The position numbers were made by a program, and so were the translations under genes. Source: Candidatus Dormiibacterota bacterium (GTDB lineage Bacteria > Chloroflexota > Dormibacteria > Aeolococcales > Aeolococcaceae). From it: a DNA stretch of 64,000 nt. The stretch covers positions 231,626 to 295,625 of the forward strand of contig CAWGML010000002.1 of assembly GCA_963823765.1 (NCBI GenBank). Reading direction: 5' to 3'. This document shows positions 10,241-20,048 of the stretch, piece by piece. The notes under the pieces are model-generated. The model was not told the origin of the DNA and searched no databases. It saw nothing but the letters and a program-made list of their open reading frames with translations. Numbering within the stretch: the first letter of the stretch is position 1; each line of letters opens with the position of its first letter.

Positions 10241-11013
10241 TCAGCGCGGGCCGGCCAGGCACGCGACCACGTCGGCGTGGAGGAGACCGTTGCTGGTGAC
10301 CACGTTGCCGCCGCGGCAGTGGTCGACGCCGCCGAAGTCACTGAAGCCGCCGCCTGCCTCGCGGACGATGAGCCGCACGGCGCTGACGTCCCACTCGTTG
10401 ACCACCGGCTCGACCCCGCAGTCGATCGCGCCCTCGGCGACGAGCATGTGCGACCAGAAGTCGCCGAAGCCGCGCACCACCCGGCAGGCGCCGGCGAGGC
10501 GGCCGAAGCCCTCCTCCCAGCCGTGGCGGGCGAAGTCACGCACGTCGGTGAACGACAGCGTCGCCTGGTCCAGGCTCGCCACCGACGACACGCGAAGCCG
10601 TCCTTCGCCACTCCATGCGCCGGCGCCGCGGGCAGCCCACCAGCGTCGCCCCAGCGCCGGCGCGGACACCACCGCACACGTCTCCTCGCCATGGTGCTGC
10701 AGCGACAGCAGCGTGGCCCACACCGGCACGCCGCGGGCGAAGTTCTTGGTGCCGTCGATGGGGTCGATGATCCAGCGCCACTCGCCGTCGCCGCTGACTC
10801 CCTGTTCCTCGCCGAGGACAGCGTGGCCTGGCCGAGCAGTCGCGATGCGCTGGCGCACCAGGGCCTCGACGAGGCGGTCCGCGTCGGTCACCGGGCTGTC
10901 GTCGGGCTTGGTGTCGACGCGCAGGTCGACGGCGCGGAAGCGTGCCGTGGTGATGCCGTCGGCGAGGCCGGCCAGCTCGAGCGCCAGCGCGAGGTCGTCC
11001 TCCGCGTCAGCCA
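10241..11013 (-). CDS. hisN: histidinol-phosphatase, inositol monophosphatase family
   Basis: [18 protein letters not shown] and [25 protein letters not shown]. Its start overlaps the hisI stop, placing it last in the his operon. Confidence 0.8.
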
Positions 11014-11336
11014 TCGTGGTGGCTCTCCACCGCGGTGAAGAAGCACGACGGCGCGCCGGTGTGGCACGCCGGGCCCGCTGGATGGACGCGCAGCAACACG
11101 CTGTCGTCGTCGCAGTCGAGGCGCACCTCCACCACTGCCATGCGGTTGCCACTGGTCGCGCCCTTCTCCCAGAGCCGGCCACGGGAGCGGCTCCAGAACC
11201 ACGCCTGGCCGGTGCGCAGCGTGGCTTCCCACGCCTCGTCGTTCATATAGGCGAGCATCAGCACCGCACCTGTGTGCGCGTCCTGCACCACGGCGGGCAG
11301 CAGGCCGTCCGGCCCGAAACGCGGCTCAGCGCTCAC
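11007..11336 (-). CDS. hisI: phosphoribosyl-AMP cyclohydrolase
   Basis: [25 protein letters not shown]...[19 protein letters not shown]...[10 protein letters not shown]...ACHTG. Confidence 0.9.
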   Translation of the reverse strand: MSAEPRFGPDGLLPAVVQDAHTGAVLMLAYMNDEAWEATLRTGQAWFWSRSRGRLWEKGATSGNRMAVVEVRLDCDDDSVLLRVHPAGPACHTGAPSCFFTAVESHHDG

Positions 11337-12091
11337 AGGCGCACCTCCACACCCGCAGCGGCGAGGTAGCGCTTGGTCTCGGGCAGAGGATGGGCGTCGA
11401 AATGGAAGATCGACGCGGCCAGGGCGGCGCCGGCGCCCCCCTCGGTGAGCACGGAGCGGAGGTGCTCGGGCTCGCCCGCGCCACCGCTGGCGATCACCGG
11501 GACAGGCACCGCCGCGGCCACGGACGCGGTGAGGGCCAGGTCGTAGCCGCTCCGCGTGCCATCCCTGTCCATGCTGGTGAGCAGGATCTCACCGGCGCCG
11601 CGGCCGGCAGCCTGGCGTGCCCACTGCATGGCGTCGTGGCCGGTGTCCCGCCGTCCCCCGTGGGAGAACACCCGCCAGCCGTCGCCGCGGCGGCGGGCGT
11701 CGATCGCCACCACCACGCACTGCTCACCGAACCGCGCCGCGGCGTCGTCGATGAGCTGGGGACGGTCGAGGACAGCGGTGTTGAGCGACACCTTGTCGGC
11801 GCCCGCGCGCAACAACCGGTCGATGTCGCCGAGGTCGCGGATGCCGCCGCCGACGGTGAGCGGGATGTAGACGACGTCGGCGGTGGCGCGCACCGCGTCG
11901 ATGAGGATGTCGCGGCTGTCGCTCGACGCCGTGATGTCGAGGAACACCAGCTCGTCGGCGCGGTCGGCGTCGTAGCGCGCGGCCAGCTCGGCAGGGTCGC
12001 CGGCATCGCGCAGGTCGAGGAAGTGGATCCCCTTGACGACACGCCCGCGGTCGACGTCGAGGCACGGGATGACCCGCTTGGCGAGGCTCAC
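11333..12091 (-). CDS. hisF: imidazole glycerol phosphate synthase, cyclase subunit
   Basis: [17 protein letters not shown]...[13 protein letters not shown]...GGGIR...[10 protein letters not shown]...ASGGAG. Confidence 0.95.
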   Translation of the reverse strand: MSLAKRVIPCLDVDRGRVVKGIHFLDLRDAGDPAELAARYDADRADELVFLDITASSDSRDILIDAVRATADVVYIPLTVGGGIRDLGDIDRLLRAGADKVSLNTAVLDRPQLIDDAAARFGEQCVVVAIDARRRGDGWRVFSHGGRRDTGHDAMQWARQAAGRGAGEILLTSMDRDGTRSGYDLALTASVAAAVPVPVIASGGAGEPEHLRSVLTEGGAGAALAASIFHFDAHPLPETKRYLAAAGVEVRL

Positions 12092-12825
12092 GACGGTGGC
12101 TCATCCGCGTAACGCTCCAGTGCGCTGCGCAGGTCGAAGACGCCTTCGTGGAGAGCACGCCCGACGATGACCCCCGCCGCGCCGGCGTCGCGGCACATGC
12201 CGACGTCGTCGATGGTGGTGACGCCACCACTGGCCAGCACCAGGCCGCTGTAGCGGTCGCAGACATCACGGAGCGACTCCAGCGCCGGACCCTGCAGGGT
12301 GCCGTCACGCTCGATCGCGGTGTACACGACGCCCGCCAGCGGCCACGAGCTCCAGCGCTCCAGGTGGATGCGCGCGTCGCCGCCGGCCTCCGTCCACCCC
12401 TGCGCGCGCGCCTCGCCGCCGCTGACATCCAGGCCGGCGAGCACGCGGCCGGGAAAGGCGGCGCAGAGCGATTCCGCGACCGTGGGGTCGCGCACCGCGA
12501 GGCTGCCGATCACCACGAAGGCCGCCCCCGCATCGAACCAGCGCTGCGCGGCCGCCACGTCGCGAATCCCGCCGCCCACCTCGGCCTCGGCGCCGGCCTC
12601 CACCAGCGCGCTCACCGCGGCGCGGACGGTGTCGGTCGAGTCGAGGTCGGGCCGGCCGCGCGCGGAGTCGAGGTCGACGATGTGGACGCGGCGCGCGCCG
12701 GCGGCCACGAACGCCTGCGCGACGTCGACCGGGTCCTGGTCGAAGAGCATCTCCTGCGCGTAGTCACCGCGCACCAGCCGGACCAGCCTGCCCAGGCGCA
12801 CGTCGATGGACGGGATGACCAGCAT
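12088..12825 (-). CDS. hisA: ProFAR isomerase (HisA; possibly the bifunctional PriA type)
   Basis: [22 protein letters not shown]...[11 protein letters not shown]...GGGIRD. Coupled to hisF (overlap 12088-12091). Confidence 0.9.
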   Translation of the reverse strand: MLVIPSIDVRLGRLVRLVRGDYAQEMLFDQDPVDVAQAFVAAGARRVHIVDLDSARGRPDLDSTDTVRAAVSALVEAGAEAEVGGGIRDVAAAQRWFDAGAAFVVIGSLAVRDPTVAESLCAAFPGRVLAGLDVSGGEARAQGWTEAGGDARIHLERWSSWPLAGVVYTAIERDGTLQGPALESLRDVCDRYSGLVLASGGVTTIDDVGMCRDAGAAGVIVGRALHEGVFDLRSALERYADEPPS

Positions 12826-12831
12826 CGCGGC

Positions 12832-13476
12832 TCAGACGCGCACCGGCGTCGCGCAGCGCGCCGCGAAGTTCGCGTACACGCGCAGCCCGGCGGCGCCGCT
12901 CTTCTCGGGGTGGAACTGCGTGCCCATCACGTTGTCACGCTCGACCGCCGCCACCAGCTCGCCGCCGTAGTCGGCGGTCGCGACCACGTCATCCCCCCGG
13001 CCGGCGCTGACCGCGTAGGAGTGCACGAAGTACATGTGCTCGCGCTGTGCGACGCCCTCGAGCAACGCGGACGGCCGCGACACCGCGATGCGGTTCCAAC
13101 CGATGTGCGGCACCTTGCCCCGGCTGCTGTCGATGCGCCGGGCCTGCCCCGGCAGCAGCCCGAGCCCTTCGCCGCCCTCACCCTCGTCGCTCTCGTCGAA
13201 GAGCAGCTGGAAGCCGAGGCAGACACCGAGCAGCGGCCGGCCGCCGCTCACCAGATCGCGGATCACCGGCTCCAGCCCGCGTTCGCGCAGCGCTGCGGCC
13301 GCGACGGCGAACGCCCCGACGCCGGGCAGCACCAACCCGTCGCAGGTCCTCAGGTCGGCCGGGTCGGCGCTGACCACCGCCTCAGCCCCGGCGGCGGCCA
13401 GCGCCCGCGCCACGCTGCGGAGGTTGCCGACCCCGTAGTCGCACACCCCCACGCGCACCGCCGCGCTGGGGCTCAC
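12832..13476 (-). CDS. hisH: imidazole glycerol phosphate synthase, glutamine amidotransferase subunit
   Basis: VGVCDYGVGNLRSV...LVLPGVGAF...LLGVCLGFQLL...HIGWN...YFVHSY...QFHPEKS. Confidence 0.95.
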   Translation of the reverse strand: MSPSAAVRVGVCDYGVGNLRSVARALAAAGAEAVVSADPADLRTCDGLVLPGVGAFAVAAAALRERGLEPVIRDLVSGGRPLLGVCLGFQLLFDESDEGEGGEGLGLLPGQARRIDSSRGKVPHIGWNRIAVSRPSALLEGVAQREHMYFVHSYAVSAGRGDDVVATADYGGELVAAVERDNVMGTQFHPEKSGAAGLRVYANFAARCATPVRV

Positions 13477-14057
13477 AGGGTTCCCTTGGTGGACGGGACG
13501 CCACCACCGAGGACGGTGAGCGCCTGACGGGTGGCCAGGCCGAGCGCCTTGAACGCGGCCTCGGAGAGGTGGTGGAGGTTGTCGCCGCGGATCATGTCGA
13601 GGTGGAGGCTGATGCCCGCGTTCTGGGCGTAGCCGCGCACGAACTCCTGGAGCACGCTGACGTCGAAGTCGTTGATGCGACCGCGCAGCGCGGCCATCTC
13701 GTAGACGACGTGGGGACGCTTGCCGTAGTCCACAGCGCAGCGCACCAGTGCCTCGTCGAGCGGTGCGTAGGCATGACCGAAGCGGGCGATGCCGGCACGG
13801 TCGCCGAGCGCCTCGGCCACGCAGCCTCCCAGCACCAACCCGGTGTCCTCGACGAGGTGGTGCGCGTCCACATCGACGTCACCGCGGCCACTCAGCGTCA
13901 CGTCCATGCCGCTGTACTTCACAAAGGACTCGATCATGTGCCTGAAGAAGGGGAGGGGAAGCTCCACCGCCGCCTGGCCGCTGCCGTCGACGAGCACGGT
14001 GCACTCGATGCGTGTCTCCCTGGTCTCGCGCAGCGTGTGCGCGGTCCGTTCGCTCAT
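13473..14057 (-). CDS. hisB: imidazoleglycerol-phosphate dehydratase
   Basis: RETRETRIECTV...FFRHMIESFVKYSGMDV...DAHHLVEDTG...NLHHLSEAAFKALG. ATG 14057 overlaps the hisD stop (ATGA). Confidence 0.95.
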   Translation of the reverse strand: MSERTAHTLRETRETRIECTVLVDGSGQAAVELPLPFFRHMIESFVKYSGMDVTLSGRGDVDVDAHHLVEDTGLVLGGCVAEALGDRAGIARFGHAYAPLDEALVRCAVDYGKRPHVVYEMAALRGRINDFDVSVLQEFVRGYAQNAGISLHLDMIRGDNLHHLSEAAFKALGLATRQALTVLGGGVPSTKGTL

Positions 14058-15339
14058 GACGCGCGACCGTCCATGCGCAGCCTGATCGCCTGCTCGTGCG
14101 CGGCCAGGCCCTCGGCGGTCGCCAGGGTGACCGCCACCGGCGCCAGCGCGTCGAACTCCTCGCCGGTGAGGTCGACGACCGAGGGCCAGCGCACGAAGTC
14201 CATCACCGACAGCGGGCCGCGGTAGCGCGCCGCCCCCTGGGTGGGCAGGGTGTGGTTGGGTCCGGCCACGTAGTCGCCGATGGACACCGGCGACAGCGCG
14301 CCGCAGAACACCGCGCCGGCGCCGCGGACCCGGTCGCGCAGCGCCTCCGCTGCAGGGCCCTGCAGCGACAGGTGCTCGGGGGCGAAGGCGCGCACCAACG
14401 GCAACGCGGCGTCGAGGTGGTCGACGGTGACCACGGCGCCGTGGCGCCCCGCCGACTCGGCGATGATGCCCGCGCGCGCCGCCGCCGGCGCGAGGCGTTC
14501 GAAGCTGGCCGTCACCGCGGCGGCGAGAGGTGGAATCGGTGACACACACGGCCCAGGCGAGCGGATCGTGCTCGAGCTGCGAGACGAGGTCGGCGGCGAC
14601 GTGGTCGGGGTCGGCGCCCGCCGACGCCAGCACCATGATCTCGCTCGGCCCGGCGAGCTGGTCGATGCCGACAGCCCCGAAGACGTCGCGCTTGGCGAGG
14701 GTCACGAAGAGGTTGCCCGGGCCCACCACCTTGTCGACCGCCGCGATCGTCTCCGTGCCGTGGGCGAGAGCTGCGATCGCCTGCGCTCCCCCGACGGCAT
14801 GGACCTCGGCGACGCCGAGGAGGTGGGCGGCCGCGCCCACCAGAGGGTGCACGGTGCCCGCGGGCGTGGGCGGGCTGGTGATGACGATCGACTCGACCCC
14901 TGCCGCCTGGGCGGGGATGACGCTCATCAGCACCGTGCTCGGGTACGCGGCGCGCCCACCGGGCACGTAGCACCCCACGCGACGGAGAGGCTCGGGCCGC
15001 AGGCACAGGCGCGGCCCGCCCCGCGGGCGGACGTCCACCTGCAGGTCGTGGAAGGCGCGGATCCGATCGGCGGCGGCGGTGAGCGCCTCGCGCAGCTGAG
15101 TCTCCAGCTCGGCCCAGCAGCGCGCCATCCAGGCCGGGTCGGCCCGGGCGACGTCGACCCGAGCCCCGTCGAGCCGTTCGGTCCACTCGACGACCGCGGC
15201 GTCGCCACGGCGGCGCACGTCGGCGACGATCTCGCGCACCGCGTCGACGGCGGCCGTCTCCGGGATGTCGAAACGGCGCGTCGGCGCCGGCTGCCTCCGC
15301 CTGCCACTGCTCGCCGGTGAGCACGCGCAGAGCGATCAC
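14054..15339 (-). pseudogene. hisD: histidinol dehydrogenase; reading frame broken twice as assembled
   Basis: Three collinear pieces in different frames: MIALRVLTGEQWQAEAAGADAP (from GTG 15339, GTGA overlap with the hisG stop), then FDIPETAAVDAVREIVADVRRRGD...LEHDPLAWAVCVTDS, then PLAAAVTASFERL...GPNHTLPT...AHEQAIRLR. Frame hops near 15272 and 14531, each consistent with one extra base. Confidence 0.85.
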
Positions 15340-15972
15340 GACCCGGCCCGCTCGACGGTGCGCCGCAGCGTGGTGGCCAGCTCGGTGATGGCCGCGCCGC
15401 GCGTCTTCATGGAGGCCACGTTGACCACCAGCCGGGCCGTCGAGGTGGCGATGGTGGCCACCTCACACAGGCGGTTGGCCCGCAGCGTGGCACCGGTGGC
15501 GACGAGGTCGACAATGCCGTCGGACAGGCCCGCGGACGGGGCCAGCTCCACCGAGCCGTGCAGCCTGATCAGCTCCGCGCCGCCGCCGCGGCCGGCGAAG
15601 AACCGTCGCGCCGCCTGGGGGTACTTGGTGGCCACCCGCAGCGAGGACGGCCAGCTGCCTCCGGCCAGCACTGAGCCCTCGGGCGCCGCCAGCACGAGGC
15701 GGCAGACTCCGAAGCGCAGGTCGGCGAGTTCGTACAGCTCGACGCTGCGACTCCCAGAGCACGTCCTTGCCGACGATGCCGCAGTCGCATGCCCCCATCT
15801 CGACGTACACGGGCACGTCGGTGGGGCGAACCGTGATGACCTCGTTGCCGCCGACCTCCAGCTGGAGGCGCCGCTCGAACGACCCCGGGTGCAGGCCTGG
15901 CGCGACCCCCGACTCGCGCAGGAGAGCGCACGCGTCCGCCAACAGCGCACCCGTCGGCACAGCGATGCGCAA
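15336..15972 (-). pseudogene. hisG: ATP phosphoribosyltransferase, short (HisZ-dependent) form; frame broken once as assembled
   Basis: LRIAVPTGALLADACALLRESG...ITVRPTDVPVYVEMGACDCGIVGKDVLWES, then after a hop near 15744 VELYELADLRFGVCRLVLAAP...VATKYP...ELAPSAGLSDGIVDLVATGATLRAN. Candidate TTG start at 15972. No stop separates it from hisZ. Confidence 0.8.
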
Positions 15973-16986
15973 GCCGCCGCCGCGGCGCGTCCCGTCGACG
16001 CGGCGGCGCGTGACCGCGTCGTGGCAGCGATCGGCGTGGACCACGAAGCCCGTGGCCGGCTGGTCGAGCCCGAACCGCCCCAGCAGCGAGTCGTAGCGGC
16101 CCCCGGCGCCGAGCGGGAAGCCCAGGTCACCGCTGAACAGCTCGAAGGTGGGCCCGGTGTAGTAGTTCCAGTCGCGCACCGCACCGAGGTCGAGGTGGAC
16201 GCGCTCCTCGAGGCCGCGCTCCGTGAGCAGGTCCCAGAGCCGCGCCAGCTCGTCGAGCGCGCGCAGCGGCTCCGCCGCCGCCAGGCCGGCGCGTGCCTGC
16301 TCGAGCAGCTCGCGGCCCCCGCGCAGGGCCGGGAAGCGCAGCAGCAGGGTGTGCTCGGCAGGCCCCAGCGAGGTCGCCGCCAGCGCGCGTTCGACGGCGA
16401 CGAGGTCGCGCGCCGCCAGCGCCGCGCCGATCTCGTCGCGACTGTCCGCGTCGATGCCGGCCCCTGCGAGCAGCGCGGGGAGGAAGGCGGCGTGGCCGAC
16501 ATCCACCTGGATGTCCGGAACGCCGGCGGCGTCGACCGCGGTGATCGCCAGCGCGATGCACTCGGCGTCGGCGCCGAGGTCGGCGTCGCCGACCAGCTCG
16601 CAGCCCGCCTGCATCGCCTCGCGGCGGCGTCCACCGAGCAGGGTGCGGTTGCGGACGACAGGGCCCGCGTAGCAGAGCCGCATCGGGAAGGGGCCGCGAC
16701 GCAGCTGGGTGGCCACCGTCCGCGCCACGCTGACGGTGCGCTCGCCCACCAGCGCGAGCATGCTGCCGTCGGCGTCCATGAAACGGAACAGCTCCTCGCC
16801 CGCGTCGCCGCCCAGGCCGCGCTCGACCGTGTCCGCGTACTCCACGGTGGGGGTGTCGATGAGGTCGTAGCCGGCGGCCTCGAAGGTGGCGACCAGCGCG
16901 CCGGTCAGCGCACGCCGCGCCGAGGCTGCGCCGGGCAGCCAGTCGCCGAACCCACCGGGACGCGCAGCCGCGCCGGATGCCTTCAT
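15973..16986 (-). CDS. hisZ: ATP phosphoribosyltransferase regulatory subunit (HisRS paralog)
   Basis: ATG 16986. GFGDWLP...FEAAGYDLIDTPTVEY...LFRFMDADGSMLALVGERTVSVAR...PMRLCYAGPVVR...GAGGRYD. The 3' boundary is nominal because the frame runs straight into hisG. Confidence 0.75.
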
Positions 16987-17021
16987 TCGCGACAGTGTAG
17001 GGACGGCCTCGGCGAGCGGCC

Positions 17022-18053
17022 TCAGCGGAGCGCGGCCAGCAGGGCGTCGTTCTCCGCGACGGTGCCCACGGTGATGCGCAGCCGTCCGCGCTCGCCGCTG
17101 TCGAAGCGGCGCACGAGCACGCCTCTCTCGCGCAGCCGGGCGGCCGCGTTCGCCGCCGTCCCCGCGGGCGGGACGGCGCACACGAAGTTGGCCTGCGACG
17201 GCGTGACTGACCAGCCCATCCCGGCCAGCGACGCGCTCACCCGGCTGCGTTCGGCGACCACCTCGTCGACGATGCGACGGTGGTGCTCAGTGTCCTCGAG
17301 GGCCGCGAGCGCGCCGGCGACCGCGCAGCGGTCGACGGGATAGGACTCGCCGACCGCGGCCAGGTCGGCGATGAGATCCGCCGCGCCCACGGCGTAGCCC
17401 ACCCGCAGCCCGGCAAGCGCGTACGACTTGGAGAACGTGCGCAGCACGATCCAGGAGGGCCGGCCGGCGAGCTCCGGCACGCACGAGCCCGGCGCGAAGT
17501 CGGCGTACGCCTCGTCGACGACCACCACGCCCGGTGCCCGGTCGAGGTCACGGGCCAGCCGGGCGGGTTCAGACCACGTCCCCGTCGGTGTGTTGGGGTT
17601 GACGACGAACCGCAGAGGCGCGTCGGTCCTGGCGAATGCCCCGGGAAGCCGGTCCTCCTCATCGAGTGTCAGAGACTGGACGTGGACACCGTGGAGCTGC
17701 GCCGCCACGGGGAGCAGCGAGTACGTGGGGTCGGTGAGCAGCACCGTCTCGCCCGGCTCGCAGAAGGCGCGGATGCAGTCGGTGATGAGCGCGTCCGCGC
17801 CGTTGCCGACCACCACCTGGGACGGCTCGACGCCGTGGTGGGCTGCCAGGGCGGTGCGCAGCGGCTCCGCCTGCGGGTTCGGGTAGCGGTTCAGCTCGGC
17901 TGCCGCCGCGCTCACCGCGGCGGCGACCCGCGGCGACGGGCGCAGCGGCGACTCGTTGGTGTTGAGCTTGACCCAGGGCGCACCGTCCCGCGGTTGCTCG
18001 CCGGGGGTGTAGCCGAAGCCGTCGCCGAGCGAGCGGCGCAGGTACCTGGACAT
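17022..18053 (-). CDS. hisC: histidinol-phosphate aminotransferase
   Basis: VKLNTNESPL...VVGNGADALI...VVVDEAYADF...VLRTFSKSYALAGLRVGY (PLP-lysine motif). Confidence 0.95.
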   Translation of the reverse strand: MSRYLRRSLGDGFGYTPGEQPRDGAPWVKLNTNESPLRPSPRVAAAVSAAAAELNRYPNPQAEPLRTALAAHHGVEPSQVVVGNGADALITDCIRAFCEPGETVLLTDPTYSLLPVAAQLHGVHVQSLTLDEEDRLPGAFARTDAPLRFVVNPNTPTGTWSEPARLARDLDRAPGVVVVDEAYADFAPGSCVPELAGRPSWIVLRTFSKSYALAGLRVGYAVGAADLIADLAAVGESYPVDRCAVAGALAALEDTEHHRRIVDEVVAERSRVSASLAGMGWSVTPSQANFVCAVPPAGTAANAAARLRERGVLVRRFDSGERGRLRITVGTVAENDALLAALR

Positions 18054-18147
18054 CGCCGGAGTTCTACGAAGCGGCCGCCGCGCGGCCGCCGAGGGTCACG
18101 CTATCGTCTCGCGACGCCGCGGATCGAGAGCTGAGGAGAGCGGTGCT

Positions 18148-19140
18148 GTGACCGAGGCGAGCGCCCACGACCGTGCGCTCGGCACCGACGTGCACGTGGT
18201 GGTGACCCGCCCGCAGCGCCTCGCCGCCGCCAAGCAGCGCGGTCGACCGTGTGCTCCGCGACATCGACGACGCCTGCAGCCGCTTTCGCGAGGACAGCGA
18301 GCTGAGCCGCGTCAACGGCGCGACGGGCCGCGAGCAGACGGTGAGCCCGCTGCTGGCCATGGCCATCGGTCACGGGCTGCGCGCCGCGCAGGTCACCGAC
18401 GGCGACGTCGACCCCACCGTCGGCGCGGCGATGCGGGTGATCGGGTACGACGTCGACTACGCCCGCGTGGCGGCGACGGGGGAGGCGTTGGTGCTGACCG
18501 CGCAGCCGATTCCCGGATGGAGGACGGTGCGCTTCAGTCCGACGACACGCAGCGTTGTCGTCCCGCACGGCGTCGAGCTCGACCTCGGCGCCACGGCCAA
18601 GGCGCTGGCGTCGGACCTCGCCGCTGCGGCTGCGCTCGCCGCCCTGGGCGACGGCGGTGCGCTGGTGAGCCTCGGCGGTGACATCGCCGTGGCGGGGGAG
18701 GCGCCGCCTGGAGGCTGGACCATCCAGGTGTCGGACGACAGCACCGCGTCCTTCGACAGCGGGGCCGAGCGCATCAGCGTCAGCACGGGTGCGCTGGCCA
18801 CGTCGAGCACGCGCACGCGCAGCTGGCGGCGCGGTGAGGCGCGCCTGCACCACATCGTCGACCCGCGCACCGGCCTGCCGGTCAACAGCGCCTGGCGCCT
18901 CGCCACGGTCGTTGCCGCGACCTGTGTCGATGCCAACACGGCGGCCACGGCGTCGATCGTGCGCGGTGAGGCGGCCGTGCCGTGGCTGGAGGGACTGCGC
19001 CTGCCGTCGCGCCTGGTGCGCAACGACGACGGCATCGTGCGCGTCGCCGGCTGGCCGCACCCGGCGCTCTCGGAGGGACTGACTCACAGCGGACATCCCA
19101 GCGTCAGCCAGTCGATTCCGACGTGGCGCGGCCAGCATGA
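18148..19140 (+). pseudogene. apbE: FAD:protein FMN transferase (ApbE family); frame broken near 18238 and 3' end unresolved
   Basis: VTEASAHDRALGTDVHVVV...AAAKQ (GTG 18148), then after a +1 hop AVDRVLRDIDDACSRFREDSELSRVN...LDLGATAKALASD...LATSSTRTRSW...HHIVDPRTGLP...DANTAATA. As written the frame runs on to 19732, which is implausible for ApbE. The end coordinate is approximate. Confidence 0.7.
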
Positions 19141-19617
19141 GGTCATGACCAAGAACGCGAACGCGATCCACCGGCAGGCCGCCGCGCAGCACGCCGCAGC
19201 GCCGCGACCGCGCGCAGCCGCCTGCGCCGCCGGCTCACCACGCGGTCGCGGCGGTGACGGGTGCGGGAACCGTGGCGGCCTTCGGGGTGCTGGCTGCGAG
19301 CCACAACGCGGCACCAGCGGCGGTGGCGACCACGGCCGCCGACAGGCCGTCATCAGCGCCCCCGCGGCGCGGCGTCGAGCTCGGCGAACAGCGTCCTCCA
19401 CGTCCGGCTCGCCGTCCGCGGCGACCGCCGCGCCGACCATCGCGCCGGCCACCGCGGCTCCCACAGCGACCGCAGCCCCGACCGCGCAGGCGGTGACCGG
19501 CGGTTCCGGAGGGGTGATGCGGCATGTAGACGGCCTCGAACGCGTCAGTCCACGTTCACGACGCCCGCGAACCGCGCGATTCCACCGACCCACCACACCA
19601 CAACGAAGGACACCACC

Positions 19618-19964
19618 ATGGACACAGACAACATCGAACCCGCCGGTCCGCCGCCGCCGCCACCCGCGCAGCGCCGGCGGTTCGGCGGCATGCGCCGGCG
19701 CACGGCCCTGGCCGCCACGGCCGCGGGGCTGATGGGCGGCGCCTTCGCGGGCGGCTTCATCGTGACCCACGCGGCCACCTCCGCGACCACGCCGAGCGCC
19801 AGCGCCAGCACGGGGACAGCGACCCCTCGACAGGCAGCACCACGACGCCGGCCGCACCCCCGACAGGCACGTTCCACTCCAACGAGAGCGCCGCCCACGA
19901 GGCGGGTGAGAGCGCTGCGCGCGAAGCGCAGGAGAACGCCGGGCAGGTGCCCACCGTCCCGTAG
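19618..19964 (+). pseudogene. small Pro-rich, single-TM-anchored protein with a conserved C-terminal HEAGESAAREAQENAG motif; one frame break
   Basis: ATG 19618 after GAAGGA. MDTDNIEPAGPPPPPPAQRRRFGGMRRRTALAATAAGLMGGAFAGGFIVTHAA, then after a hop near 19805 the other frame reads ...TGTFHSNESAAHEAGESAAREAQENAGQVPTVP* (stop 19962-19964). N-terminus is paralogous to the 21176..22113 gene. Confidence 0.55.
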
Positions 19965-20048
19965 CCCGCGCCAGGCTCGGGTAGCCCATCCAGAGGGCCG
20001 GCAACGCGCCGGCCCTTTCGCGCGCCGCGCGTGCGTATGCTCGTCGTC

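Noticed and set aside
13473-15239. 588-aa ORF suggesting a HisD-HisB fusion
   Set aside because: The middle ~160 codons are out-of-frame R/G/P-rich filler. The true HisD C-terminus is in ORF 14054..14545, and hisB starts at its own ATG (14057) overlapping the hisD stop.
15265-17343. 692-aa + strand ORF
   Set aside because: Antisense shadow of hisG/hisZ in a >70% GC region. The sequence is Arg/Ala/Pro/Gly-rich with no domain, while the minus strand carries clear HisZ/HisG sequence.
19150-19560. FMN-binding (flavinylation substrate) gene expected next to apbE
   Set aside because: I looked for an FMN_bind-like fold and a [S/T]GA[S/T] flavinylation motif in all six frames and did not find one. 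Left as an unresolved region rather than annotated.
18251-19732. 493-aa ApbE ORF taken at face value
   Set aside because: The N-terminus is missing; it lies in another frame from GTG 18148. The last ~200 codons are A/P/R-rich read-through. Treated as a frame-broken apbE plus an unresolved downstream region.
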